The notes beneath the pieces are model-generated. The model was not told the DNA's origin. It made no database searches and saw only the letters and a program-made list of their open reading frames with translations. A program made the position numbers and the translations under genes. Of a DNA stretch of 64,000 nucleotides, positions 41,260 through 51,900 are shown piece by piece (positions within the stretch are counted from its first letter, which is position 1; each line of letters begins with the position of its first letter). This DNA is from Cyanophyceae cyanobacterium (GTDB lineage: Bacteria; Cyanobacteriota; Cyanobacteriia; Cyanobacteriales; Laspinemataceae), in assembly GCA_038321985.1 (NCBI GenBank), contig JBBQFN010000023.1, positions 21,365 through 85,364 of the forward strand, given 5' to 3'.

Positions 41260-42123
41260 ATGGAGAAACGATTGAGAACAAAACCGAACTCTTGGCAACG
41301 TCAGGCGATCGCCTTAGCATTATTGTGTTTCATCTGTTTATTAACCTGGGTGGGAACCCTCACTCCAGCTTATGCAGAATCGGAGGAACCCGAAACCCGA
41401 GGGCTGGGGACTGAAGCCATCTTGCAGCTTGAAGAACTGGGAACCCAAGCCTTTGCTGCTATGAATGCCGGGGATTTAGTTGGGGCCGAAACCTACTGGA
41501 CTCAGTTTTTAGAGCAGGTGCCGGATAATGCCGCTGCCTGGAGTAATCGAGGAAATATCAAGGTTAGTTTGAACAAACTCCACGAGGCGATCGCCGACTA
41601 TAACCGGGCGATCGAACTTGCACCGGATGCTCCAGACCCCTACCTCAATCGCGGCACTGCTTATGAAGGCTTAAAACGTTGGGATGATGCGATCGCCGAT
41701 TACAATCACGTCCTAGAACTCGACCCCCAAGACCCCGCTGCCTACAATAATCGGGGTAATGCCGAAGCTGGACGCGGAAACTGGGCGGAGGCAGTCGCCA
41801 ACTACAAAAAAGCCAGCGAACTTGTCCCAGACTATGCCTTTGCCCGCGCCAATTATACCCTCGCCCTCTATCAAACCGGGGAAGAAGAAGCCGCCATCCA
41901 GTCGATGAAGAATATCCTCCGCAAATATCCCAAATTTGCCGATATGCGGGCCGCCCTCACCGCCGCACTCTGGACTCACGGATATCGAGGCGAAGCCGAA
42001 AGCAATTGGGTTTCCGCTGTGGGTTTAGATACCCGCTATAAAGATTTAGACTGGGTTGCCAATACCCGCCGCTGGCCCCCAGCAATGGTGAGTGCTTTGG
42101 AGAAGTTTCTCAAAATTGAGTAA
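41260..42123 (+). CDS. Tetratricopeptide repeat protein with signal peptide
   Basis: AAWSNRG/PYLNRG/AYNNRG TPR units; DMRAALTA, RRWPP. Confidence 0.9.
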   Translation: MEKRLRTKPNSWQRQAIALALLCFICLLTWVGTLTPAYAESEEPETRGLGTEAILQLEELGTQAFAAMNAGDLVGAETYWTQFLEQVPDNAAAWSNRGNIKVSLNKLHEAIADYNRAIELAPDAPDPYLNRGTAYEGLKRWDDAIADYNHVLELDPQDPAAYNNRGNAEAGRGNWAEAVANYKKASELVPDYAFARANYTLALYQTGEEEAAIQSMKNILRKYPKFADMRAALTAALWTHGYRGEAESNWVSAVGLDTRYKDLDWVANTRRWPPAMVSALEKFLKIE

Positions 42124-42126
42124 GCA

Positions 42127-42189
42127 ATGTTCGTAGTAACGACTTCAGTCGTTATCTTTCTTATGTTCGTAGTAACGACTTCAGTCGTT
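42127..42189. repeat. Two tandem copies of a 27-bp REP-like unit
   Basis: ATGTTCGTAGTAACGACTTCAGTCGTT at 42127 and 42163; internal palindrome AACGAC-TTCA-GTCGTT. Confidence 0.85.
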
Positions 42190-42209
42190 CCCCCTCCCAA
42201 GCCTAAAAA

Positions 42210-42324
42210 TCATCCTTCATCCTTCATCCTTCATCCTTCATCCTTCATCCTTCATCCTTCATCCTTCATCCTTCATCCTTCATCCTTCATCCTTCATCCT
42301 TCATCCTTCATCCTTCATCCTTCA
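42210..42324. repeat. Heptamer short tandem repeat (TCATCCT)x16
   Basis: 16 perfect copies 42210-42321 plus partial; overlaps the 3' end of the HAD gene. Confidence 0.97.
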
Positions 42325-43123
42325 CCAACTCCCCAATCAACTCGGGTGTCAATTCCTTAACATTTGCTAAAACGACTGCCGCCCCTGCTTTTTGCAGACT
42401 GGCACTGTAGGCGTTCTTTCTATCTTCACTATCTTGAACATGAGGCGGTAGAACTCCCACGCCGATCCAGGTTCGGTTTGGTTGCTGTTGTTTAGCTTTC
42501 TCAATGGTGTACAAATCCGCAACCGTATCGCCCACATAAATCACTGGGGCATTTTCTGGACTGGAATGGAGAGTTTCTAATTGCTTAAGGGTGGCAAAAA
42601 GTCCTGTAGGGTCCGGTTTACCTGGCGCATCTTCCATTGCAACCACCACCGGACTGGTTAATCCCAGCGCCCCTTCTAAGACATAAGCCGCTTCCGCTCT
42701 CATGGCTCCACTAAAGAAGCCCCACAGAATACCGGCTTGGGTCAGACTTTCCAAATAAGCAGGATTGACCAATAATGGCTCTTGACAAATGTATCCGGTC
42801 ATGAGATTGGAGTCTGGGCCACGATACCGGGATTGGAAAAAGTTAACCAGGGTGTCGGAGTCAAAGGGGAGGCGATCGCGGTTTTGTCCCTGAGCCTCAA
42901 AGTAGCGACAGATTAGCTCAAAGGAGGCGTCCCAGTCGTTATTCCAGATGCCTTCGGACTTGAGGGTGTCAATATCCGTAGAGGGGGGACGATAGGCATT
43001 TTGAGTGAAGTGTTCGACGGTATCGGCGATCGCCCTGCGGTAAGAACCGCTAACATCCCGAATCACGCCATCAATATCAAAAACGGCGATCGCAGGGGTT
43101 GTCATTGTGGTTTCCATCAGCAT
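42308..43123 (-). CDS. HAD-superfamily hydrolase (TIGR01548-like)
   Basis: FDIDGVIRDV, GKPDP, YVGDTVAD; start codon uncertain. Confidence 0.9.
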   Translation of the reverse strand: MLMETTMTTPAIAVFDIDGVIRDVSGSYRRAIADTVEHFTQNAYRPPSTDIDTLKSEGIWNNDWDASFELICRYFEAQGQNRDRLPFDSDTLVNFFQSRYRGPDSNLMTGYICQEPLLVNPAYLESLTQAGILWGFFSGAMRAEAAYVLEGALGLTSPVVVAMEDAPGKPDPTGLFATLKQLETLHSSPENAPVIYVGDTVADLYTIEKAKQQQPNRTWIGVGVLPPHVQDSEDRKNAYSASLQKAGAAVVLANVKELTPELIGELVKDEG

Positions 43124-43436
43124 CGAGTCCCATAACGGCTAAAGGTGCTGTTATTCAGGATATCGGGGGTAGGGTCTACAAATTCTCCCTATCCCGAACC
43201 CCATCTTTTGAATTGTTGATCTTTCAGCCTCAAGTCCCGAAAAAAGATTGCGATCGCCTTTTGCCCTACATCAGTTATAATCGAATGCTGGCTTACTCTA
43301 AACAGTAGGACGGGGAAAAATTTAGATTTTATTTGAGACTTTATTTTTCCAGACATCGCCTAACTAGCCCAACTGTGCGCTATAATAAAGCGTTGTACGA
43401 TTGCCAAAAGATTACACAAGCCTCAAGGAGGTGTGA

Positions 43437-43736
43437 TTGTCAAAGTTTATTTTAAAAGTTCTCTGGTTAGAGGACAACGTAGCGATCGCAGTGGATCAAA
43501 TTGTAGGTAAGGGAACAAGCCCTTTAACCCGTTATTTTTTCTGGCCTCGGAATGATGCCTGGGAAGAACTAAAGAATGAGTTAGAAGCCAAGCACTGGAT
43601 CTCCGAAACTGACCGCGTAGAGTTGCTCAACAAAGCCACTGAAGTCATTAATTACTGGCAAGAAGAAGGCAGAAGGCAGCCAATGATGGAAGCGCAGTCC
43701 AAATTTCCGGAAGTGGCCTTTACAGGTAGCAGCTGA
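43437..43736 (+). CDS. ycf65: 30S ribosomal protein PSRP-3 / Ycf65
   Basis: [39 protein letters not shown] and TTG start; TATAAT at 43381. Confidence 0.95.
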   Translation: MSKFILKVLWLEDNVAIAVDQIVGKGTSPLTRYFFWPRNDAWEELKNELEAKHWISETDRVELLNKATEVINYWQEEGRRQPMMEAQSKFPEVAFTGSS

Positions 43737-43760
43737 AGCCCCCAGTTATCAAACGAATGG

Positions 43761-43800
43761 CAGCGGGTATCTTTCTAGAGATATCCGCTGATTGTTTTTG
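43761..43800 (+). terminator. Probable intrinsic terminator
   Basis: CAGCGGGTATC...GATATCCGCTG followed by ATTGTTTTT. Confidence 0.6.
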
Positions 43801-43909
43801 AATATCCCCGGTGATCAAGATCACCCGAGATAGGCCCAGGAATCAACCTCATTCCTAAAAGAGCGGTTACCATAGGATTGAGCACTTACACTCAACAGGT
43901 TGACAGTTT

Positions 43910-44629
43910 ATGACTGGTGTTGTTCAATCTCCTCTAAATGCCCAGCAGATTTCTGTCTGGCTGAGGGGACTATTAACGATTGCCTGGGCAGATGGTCACT
44001 TCGATCAAGAAGAACAAGACTTAATTGCAGAACTGACTCAGGAAGAATTAGCGCCCTCTATTAACTTGGGTGAACTCGAACCGATTAAGCCTCAAGATTT
44101 AGCGGATGTTTTAGGCCAAGAGCCGATCATTGCCGAAAACTTCTTGAGAACAGCGGTCATGGTTGCCTTAGCGGATGGAATATATTCCCCTAGTGAAGCA
44201 GAAAAATTATATGAGTTTTGTGAAGCATTAGGACAAAACTCTAAGGTTTTAGATGCCCTCCGGCACACCCTCTGGAAAGGGGATAATGCTCAAGCTATGG
44301 ATGCCGAGGCGATTGCCGTCACTCAGGGGAATGGATCATTCAGCTTAGGACCCGGTCCCAAACAGTCCGCAGATGTCCTTTCACCCGTGCGGCATTGGCT
44401 CGACGACTTGGAAATCCAAGACCCGCGACTGGCAAGATTTTTATGCAAAATGATCCCCCCCCAATGTCCGTTTGAGCGAGATATCCATCTGTTCGGCAAT
44501 AAGGTCGTACATATTCCCCCCCTGTGCCATATCAACCCCCTCTACGATCAACTGGTGGGTTTACGCTTCCGCGCTTTATCCTATTTGGCCGATGATTGCG
44601 GTGAAGATGTAACCCCCTACTGCCAATAA
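43910..44629 (+). CDS. TerB-like + 'Mo-dependent nitrogenase C-terminal' domain protein
   Basis: IAWADGHF, VALADG..S..E; CKMIPPQCPFERD, IPPLCHINPLYDQ. Confidence 0.88.
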   Translation: MTGVVQSPLNAQQISVWLRGLLTIAWADGHFDQEEQDLIAELTQEELAPSINLGELEPIKPQDLADVLGQEPIIAENFLRTAVMVALADGIYSPSEAEKLYEFCEALGQNSKVLDALRHTLWKGDNAQAMDAEAIAVTQGNGSFSLGPGPKQSADVLSPVRHWLDDLEIQDPRLARFLCKMIPPQCPFERDIHLFGNKVVHIPPLCHINPLYDQLVGLRFRALSYLADDCGEDVTPYCQ

Positions 44630-44720
44630 TCCCGGCCACTCGCCAATGGCTTCAAAGTCCTTTGTTGAGGGGTTCAGGGTGTAAAGCGAACTTACTTTTG
44701 ACAAAGGACTAAGGACAATC

Positions 44721-45764
44721 ATGCAATTTATCGATCGCGTAGAAATAGAAGTCGCCGGAGGCAACGGTGGCGATGGCATCGTGGCCTTCCGCCGGGAAAA
44801 ATACGTCCCGGCAGGTGGCCCTGCGGGCGGCAATGGCGGCAAAGGAGGTTCCGTCATTCTCAAGGCAGTGGAACACTTGCAAACCCTCCTGGATTTTAGA
44901 TACAACCGCAGAATTGAAGGAGAAAACGGACAAAGGGGCGGTCCCAACAATCGCACCGGCGCTTCTGGAGGCGATCGGGTCGTTCAGGTCCCCGTCGGTA
45001 CAATGGTTTATGACGCCACCACGGAACAAGTGATCGGGGACCTCATCGAAGCCGAACAAACCTTAGTTGTCGCTGCCGGTGGAAAAGGCGGACTCGGAAA
45101 CAAGCATTTTCTCAGCAATAGCAACCGCGCCCCCGAGTATGCTTTACCTGGATTGGAAGGGGAACAGCGATTTCTGCGTCTAGAACTGAAACTGCTGGCT
45201 GAAGTCGGTATTGTCGGTAAACCCAATGCAGGCAAATCTACCTTAATCTCTGCCCTGTCTGCCTCCCGTCCTAAAATTGCCGATTATCCCTTCACGACGT
45301 TAGTTCCGAACTTGGGTGTAGTCAGAAAACCCAGCGGAGACGGGACTGTATTCGCGGATATTCCCGGATTAATTGAAGGGGCGCATCTCGGAGCCGGTTT
45401 GGGTCATGAGTTTTTACGCCATATTGAACGGACCCGCGTGTTGTTGCATTTGGTAGATATTACCGCACCGGAACCGATTCAAGATTATGAAATGATTCAG
45501 CAGGAGTTAGCCGCTTACGGGCGGGATTTGATGAATCGTCCGCAAATTGTGGCTTTAAATAAGATGGATGCTAGCGATCGCACAGAAGAAGAAATTGAGG
45601 CGATCGTCACGCGCTTAAGTGAACTTTCACGCTCTACCACACCCATCTTTCAAATCTCCGCTGTCTCCAGACTGGGACTCGACCCCCTCTTGCAAGAAAT
45701 CTGGACAACTCTCGATCGCCTCAAAGAAGAACGGGACCTAATCAACAATCTAAGTTCGCAGTAA
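44721..45764 (+). CDS. obgE: GTPase ObgE/CgtA
   Basis: FRREKYVPAGGP Gly-rich domain, GKPNAGKS, DYPFTT, DIPGLIEGA, NKMD. Confidence 0.99.
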   Translation: MQFIDRVEIEVAGGNGGDGIVAFRREKYVPAGGPAGGNGGKGGSVILKAVEHLQTLLDFRYNRRIEGENGQRGGPNNRTGASGGDRVVQVPVGTMVYDATTEQVIGDLIEAEQTLVVAAGGKGGLGNKHFLSNSNRAPEYALPGLEGEQRFLRLELKLLAEVGIVGKPNAGKSTLISALSASRPKIADYPFTTLVPNLGVVRKPSGDGTVFADIPGLIEGAHLGAGLGHEFLRHIERTRVLLHLVDITAPEPIQDYEMIQQELAAYGRDLMNRPQIVALNKMDASDRTEEEIEAIVTRLSELSRSTTPIFQISAVSRLGLDPLLQEIWTTLDRLKEERDLINNLSSQ

Positions 45765-45838
45765 CGATTTCAATCGTTCTCTTATCTAAGTAAAGAAGAA
45801 CGGGACCTGATCCATAATCATCGTTCTCTTATCTAAGT
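45723..45838. repeat. Imperfect tandem duplication at the obgE 3' end containing a REP-like unit
   Basis: AAAGAAGAACGGGACCT at 45723 and 45792; ATCGTTCTCTTATCTAAGT at 45773 and 45820. Confidence 0.85.
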
Positions 45839-45878
45839 TAAGTATCACGACTTGCTTTCGTTGTACCCCCCCTCATTC

Positions 45879-45906
45879 GTAGAGACGTGGAATTCCGCGT
45901 CTCTAC
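45879..45906. repeat. GTAG-type REP-like palindrome
   Basis: GTAGAGACG...CGTCTCTAC. Confidence 0.75.
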
Positions 45907-46102
45907 AAGTGTTTCTGGGTATTCAACATCCCCAGGGATTACCCTCCTCCACAACCCCACACCCCACCCCAGAACCAAGGCCCCACTCCCAAACCCCCTC
46001 GTAAAATTACGAATCAATAATCGAGAATCCACCCCTGCGCCCCGTCCGGCGACACGCTACTATTGATAGAGAAACCGCCATGAATTCGAGCTGAAACTTG
46101 AC

Positions 46103-46756
46103 ATGAACTCACCCATACAGGCAGTTCAATCTCCCTACTACGGAGATGGATATCAACGGACACCCCCCCCAGATTTACCCTCCTTGTTGCTCAAGGAACG
46201 GATTGTCTATCTGGGGATGCCCCTAGTGCCGCAGGTTACCGAACTCATCATCTCCGAACTGCTGTATTTGCAGTACGATGACCCGGAAAAACCCATCAAC
46301 ATCTATATCAACTCCACCGGCACCTCAAATGAAAGCGGCGAACCTGTCGCCTTTGAAACCGAAGCCTTTGCCATCTGCGACACCATCAAATACATCAAGC
46401 CGCCAGTCAACACCATCTGTATCGGCATGGCAGTAGGAATGTCAGCGATGCTGCTATCGGCAGGGACCAAAGGATGCCGCACCAGTTTACCCAATGCCAC
46501 CATCGTCCTGCATCAACCCAAAAGTTACACTCGGGGTCAAGCCTCCGATATTCAGATTCGAGCTAAGGAAGTTTTGGCAAACCGCAAGACGATGATCGAT
46601 ATCCTCGCCGAAAATACAGGTCAGACCCCCGAAAAAATTATCAAAGATATGGATCGGGTGTTTTATCTGAGCCCTAATGACGCGGTAGAATACGGACTCA
46701 TCGATCGCGTACTGGAAGCCAAAGACCTAGCCCATCCCATCCCTGCGATCGTCTAA
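46103..46756 (+). CDS. clpR: Clp protease non-catalytic subunit ClpR
   Basis: RTPPPDLPSLLLKERIVYLG; catalytic Ser absent (IGMAVGMSAM). Confidence 0.93.
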   Translation: MNSPIQAVQSPYYGDGYQRTPPPDLPSLLLKERIVYLGMPLVPQVTELIISELLYLQYDDPEKPINIYINSTGTSNESGEPVAFETEAFAICDTIKYIKPPVNTICIGMAVGMSAMLLSAGTKGCRTSLPNATIVLHQPKSYTRGQASDIQIRAKEVLANRKTMIDILAENTGQTPEKIIKDMDRVFYLSPNDAVEYGLIDRVLEAKDLAHPIPAIV

Positions 46757-46833
46757 TCCCGTGAGAGTTTAGATTTTGGTGACTCTAAATTCTCACTTAT
46801 TGCTTTTTGAATCTAATATCGGAGCCTCACATT

Positions 46834-47427
46834 ATGCCTATCGGTTACCCAAAAGTTCCCTATCGTCTACCGGGAGATTCTTATACACAGTGGATTGACC
46901 TAGAAACCCGGTTGTATCAAGAACGCATTATTTTCCTGGGTAGCGAAGTCGATGATCAACTGGCAAATAAAATCATTGCCATCATGCTTTATCTGGATTC
47001 TGAGGAAGCAGGCAAAGATATAATTCTTTATATCAACTCTCCCGGGGGTTCGGTCACTTCGGGCATGGCAATTTACGATACCATGCAGCACATCAAATCT
47101 GATGTCGTGACGATTTGCGTCGGTCTAGCCGCCTCCATGGGTTCCTTCCTCTTAGCGGCAGGAGCACCGGGCAAACGGCTGGCCCTCCCCCACTCCCGGA
47201 TCATGATTCATCAACCCTCCGGCGGAGTCAGAGGTCAAGCCTCGGATATTGAAATCGAGGCCAGGGAAATTGTGCGGATTCGTCGTCAGCTTAACCAAAT
47301 CTACGCCAATCGCACAAATCAAACCCTAGAAAAAATTGAAAAAGACATGGACCGCGACTTCTTCATGGGAGCTCAAGAGGCCAAAGACTATGGCCTCATC
47401 GATCGCGTGATTGAAGAACGTCCTTAA
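46834..47427 (+). CDS. clpP: ATP-dependent Clp protease proteolytic subunit (ClpP3-type)
   Basis: [32 protein letters not shown]; follows clpR. Confidence 0.96.
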   Translation: MPIGYPKVPYRLPGDSYTQWIDLETRLYQERIIFLGSEVDDQLANKIIAIMLYLDSEEAGKDIILYINSPGGSVTSGMAIYDTMQHIKSDVVTICVGLAASMGSFLLAAGAPGKRLALPHSRIMIHQPSGGVRGQASDIEIEAREIVRIRRQLNQIYANRTNQTLEKIEKDMDRDFFMGAQEAKDYGLIDRVIEERP

Positions 47428-47450
47428 CTGCGAGGGTAAGGATTTCCGGG

Positions 47451-47490
47451 AGGGGACAAGGGTAAAATTATTATCCTTGTCCCCTTATTC
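47451..47490 (+). terminator. Probable terminator after clpP
   Basis: AGGGGACAAGG...CCTTGTCCCCT. Confidence 0.6.
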
Positions 47491-47578
47491 TTAACTCCAA
47501 ATTGGGTAATATCTTGACTATCCTAAACTTGTGGAAGAATGGCAGAATTTTTATCCCCCTCTGCCATTTTTAATCAGA

Positions 47579-48187
47579 ATGACTATCGAAGAATGTTATC
47601 AAATATTAGGTTTAAAAGTCGGTGCGACCCTAGAAGAGGTCAAGACGTCGTACCGCATATTGGCGCGGCAATATCATCCGGACGTCAATCCCGGGGACGA
47701 GCGATCGCATGACAGATTTATCCAGCTCAATCAAGCCTATCACCGCTTGCTAGAAGTTGCCCAACCTGCCGCCCAAGTTAGCCAACCCAGCACCCCCGCA
47801 AGCACCCCCACAACTGCCCCAAAAACCACCGTCAAGACCCGAGTCAGTCGGAAAGAACCGGAATTTCGGAATAATCCTCGGTTAACGGACCTCGAACAAC
47901 TCCTCAAACAGCGGGGGTATTTACAATTACAGGGGTTTTTAAAAGCACAACGCTTTCCTCGTGCCGTGGCATTAGTCGATGCACTCGCACAACGCCTACC
48001 CCAGGACCCGGAAGTGCGACAATGGCAGGCGATCGCCTATCAACGCTGGGGACGCCATGCGATCGCCGCTGGGGAACTAGACAAAGCTAGAATATACTTA
48101 AAAAAAGCCCTCCGCATCGATCCTCACAATCGATCGCTGTGGATGGAAGTCGAACGAGATTTTCGTCGTTTGGAGCAAATTTTCTAA
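47579..48187 (+). CDS. J-domain (DnaJ) protein with C-terminal TPR
   Basis: YQILGL, YHPD, TPR-like KARIYLKKALRIDPHN. Confidence 0.9.
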   Translation: MTIEECYQILGLKVGATLEEVKTSYRILARQYHPDVNPGDERSHDRFIQLNQAYHRLLEVAQPAAQVSQPSTPASTPTTAPKTTVKTRVSRKEPEFRNNPRLTDLEQLLKQRGYLQLQGFLKAQRFPRAVALVDALAQRLPQDPEVRQWQAIAYQRWGRHAIAAGELDKARIYLKKALRIDPHNRSLWMEVERDFRRLEQIF

Positions 48188-48840
48188 TGATTACTACCCC
48201 AAAAACCAAACCCCCCACCGAAGGCAGAGTCTTACTCCAGAATATTAGCTGGGAGACTTACGAACGCTTATTACATGAAATGGGAGATCAGCGCAATATT
48301 CGCCTAAATTATGACCGAGGACTATTAGAAATCATGACCCCGTTATTTGAACATGAGAATCCGAAAGAATTAATCACGGCTCTTGTTGGCGTGTTAGCCG
48401 ATGAATTAAATATAGAAATAATTAGAGCGGGTTCCACCACCTTAAAAGACCCAGATTTGGCGCGCGGTTCTGAACCCGATTCAAGTTTTTATATCCAAAA
48501 TGAGAGTTCTATCAAAGGTAAGCGACGCCTCGACCTAAAAACCGATCCGCCGCCTGACTTGGTAATCGAAATTGATGTAACCAGCAGTTTCATTGACCGA
48601 GAGGGGATTTATGCGGCAATGGGAGTACCGGAAATCTGGAGATGCGATCGGGGTGTGGTCAAGTTTTTACAATTGCGATCGGGCAACTATGTAGAAATAG
48701 ACCATTCTCTAGCCTTTCCAGTGTTACCCGTGACCGAAATTGCCAAGCTTTTAGAACAAAGCCAAACCGTGGGGGAAACAACGTTATTAAGATCCTTTCG
48801 CGCTTGGGTGAGAGAGCAAATTAAAGCAGAAGAACCGTAG
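48187..48840 (+). CDS. Uma2 family (putative restriction endonuclease-like) protein
   Basis: ISWETYE, LEIMTP..HE, EPDSSFY, PPPDLVIEID, GVPEIW; TAATG overlap with upstream stop. Confidence 0.92.
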   Translation: MITTPKTKPPTEGRVLLQNISWETYERLLHEMGDQRNIRLNYDRGLLEIMTPLFEHENPKELITALVGVLADELNIEIIRAGSTTLKDPDLARGSEPDSSFYIQNESSIKGKRRLDLKTDPPPDLVIEIDVTSSFIDREGIYAAMGVPEIWRCDRGVVKFLQLRSGNYVEIDHSLAFPVLPVTEIAKLLEQSQTVGETTLLRSFRAWVREQIKAEEP

Positions 48841-48989
48841 GGACAAAGCCCTGCCCTGTCATCCATTATCGGTCAACCGAAAACTTTAAAAAATTGTGGC
48901 ATTTGAGTATTATATCTGGATTATTCGCTTGTTCTTGACATCCTGGAGCAATTCATGGGAAAATCAAAGGTAGTGTCCGGTATCAGGCC

Positions 48990-51900
48990 ATGACTCACCC
49001 TTCTAACCCAGACGACCTCGAACGCCAGAAATCTTTAGAAAACATTAAGAAATCTTTGGGAAGCGCTCAAGTTGAGGAAAGAGTAGCCGGACTGATACAA
49101 TCGCTACAATTTGGGACGGACGGATTAGACTTATTTATCCAGCAAGCGTTACAAGATGAGTCTGAACAAGTAAAGCAGGCAGCTTATTGGGTGCTTCATG
49201 GCCATCAACCCTATCTCGCTTATCCGGATGAGCAACACCCTACAGAGTTTGCTTTTCCGACCGATACGATTTCATCATTGGCTTCTCGTTGTGGTAATCT
49301 TAGTCGTAAAATCTTGGCCGGTGGAAGTTGGAAAATTATCCGAATTTGGGACTTAAAAACAGGCGATAAATTGCGGACCCTGGACGGACATTCTGATTGG
49401 GTTTTGTCTGTTGCCTTTAGTCCAAATGGCAAGATTCTCGCCAGTAGTAGTGCCGATCGCACCCTCAAGTTATGGAATACCACAACCGGCGAACTCCTCC
49501 ATACTCTCCAAGGTCATTCAAGCTGGGTAAATGCGGTTGCCATCACCCCTGACGGGAAAACACTGGTTAGCGCAAGTGCCGATCGCACCATCAAGTTATG
49601 GAATACCACAACCGGCGAATTGATTCGCACCCTTGAAGGACATTCTGGTAGTGTAATGTCCCTGGCAATCAGTCCTGATGGAAAAATTATAGCCAGTGGG
49701 AGTGCAGACCAAACAATTAAGTTATGGTACATGAATGGGAGTGAGGCGATCGCCACTTGGAAAGGCCATTCAGACTGGGTACAGGCAGTGGCGATCGCTC
49801 CCAATGGCAAAACTTTCGTCAGTGGCAGTCGAGATGGCGAAATCCGCATTTGGACCACTGATGAAACTCCCCAAAAGGTTAATTCCGGAATAGCGGAAAT
49901 CGTTTCTTCTATGAATTTGAGTGAATCTGGAATTCATCCAATATTGTTGGTGTTTGGACTGACATTTCTTTCGACATCTGGACTTTCTCGGTTGGTTGTG
50001 CTCCTAGTTAAGGCTATTAATTCAGAAAAGAACTTAAAATCCAAGTTTGCTAAATTTAAGTGTAGCGAAGTTATCAAGAAGCGTCAAACCCTTAATATTC
50101 ATGGATTAGTTGTCTCCGGGAATCAACCCGAAGTCGTTTGGAGTGGAAAAAATGATTTCATTCAGGGATGGAATTTTGACCTTCAGAAATTGACCACAGA
50201 TTCAGATGACTTTGTGGGAGTTCTGGGAATCGTTCTGAATCCCAAACGCCTGGTGACAGGCGGTAATGATTGGGTGAAACTGTGGGATTTAACAACCGGA
50301 CAACAGCTTCATCAGTTTGAGGGCCGTTCCCGACCTCAGTTAAAAAGATGGGAAATTGTTGGGTCTTCACAGATAGCGATCGCCTGCGGGACTCAGTACC
50401 ACTTTAACGTGAAAGGAACTGACCAGCACGGCCAAGATTTTCCTGTTTCTCAGGTAACTTGGACAGCAACAGGTGGCACAATTGACGACAACGGAAATTT
50501 TAACGCTGGACAAGATAGCGGCGAGTTTAAGGTCAAGGCTACCGTAGGAAACGAGAGTAAAGAAATCTCTGTCATCCTTCGCAAACTAACCACTCTTCAG
50601 GTTATTACTTGCCGGAAGCAAGTACAGTTTGGAGAACAAATTATCTTGAAAGTGGCAGGTTTGGATCAAGATGCCAACTCCATGTTAATGGGCGAATTGG
50701 AGCCAAATGCCCAATCTATGCCAATTGGCGAAATCAAGTGGGATATTCAAGGAGATATTAGAATAGACCCTGTGGGAGTCTTTTATGCTGGCAATGTTGA
50801 CAAAAAAGTTTACATTACTGTGAATGCCTATGCGGGCCATGTTGAAGAAGAAGTTTCCATTACTGCAATCGTCAATGGGGTTTCGGGTTCTACCTCCGTT
50901 AGAGTCATTGAATCAGCAAGACTGAATTCTTTAAATATTTCCCCGACATTTGTTGAGATTACACCGGGCGAACAACCAAAAATTCAAGTTGAGGGTTTAG
51001 ATCAGCGCGGGAATAAAATAGCCACAGGACCGATAAACTGGACTGCATCTAGTGGCAGTATAGAAGGGAATCGATTTATTTGCGACCCCAATGCTAAGGG
51101 AAAAATTACTTTAACTGCGACTGCCACCCAAACAAATATTAGTCAATCGGTCGATGTAATCGTGCGTTCCGTCTTGAGACGCCTTGAAATTCACCCTCAG
51201 CAGTGTACCCTAGAACCTAACCAAAGCCAGGACTTCGAGATTAAGGGCTTCGATCAAGCCAATGAATCGATAGAGATAGATTGGACCAAAATTATCTGGC
51301 AGAAAAATGGTGGCAGGATAGAGAGACCGAAGAAGTTCATCGCAGGTCATGATGAAAAAGGGTCTTTTTACGTCACTGCTACAGTAGAACAATACACTGC
51401 CGTTGGGGTAGAACAATACAGTGCCACTGCTCATGTTACCGTCAGTCAAGTATTGAGAAGATTAACTATTTGGCCTGAGCAGGTCCGACTTGAACCTTAC
51501 GAATCTTGTACATTCACAGTCACGGGATTCGACCAGCAGCGAAAGAAAATAATCACCCTGTCAGAGGTGCAGTGGCAAGTCACGGACGGAATGATTGAAA
51601 AGCAAGGCCATAATGAATGTAAATTTACCGCTGGCGACAATGATGGAGAGGTTATAATCACCGCAATAGGGAGAGATTGTAGGGTTGATGCTTGTATTTT
51701 TGTTAAAAAAATTGATAAATTAATATTAAGAGCTTCTGCGACAGATGTAGAGTTTGGCAATCCCGTAAAGTTGACGGTCAGAGGCTTGGATAATTCCGGA
51801 AATCCAATAGAACCGAGAAAAATCGATTGGCAAATTCAAGGCCAGGGTACAATTGATGAGCCTAATCGAATCTTTTACGCGGGTCACGTCGAAGAACAAG

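Noticed and set aside
42127..42189. Possible mini-CRISPR (27-bp direct repeats)
   Set aside because: Only two copies with a 9-nt gap, no cas genes, and the same unit is dispersed elsewhere like a REP
42127..42360. 77-aa ORF with SSFILHP repeats
   Set aside because: Translation of the REP and heptamer repeats, not a plausible gene
43910..44629. Evidence of nitrogen fixation
   Set aside because: The domain name is historical; no nif structural motifs or genes are present
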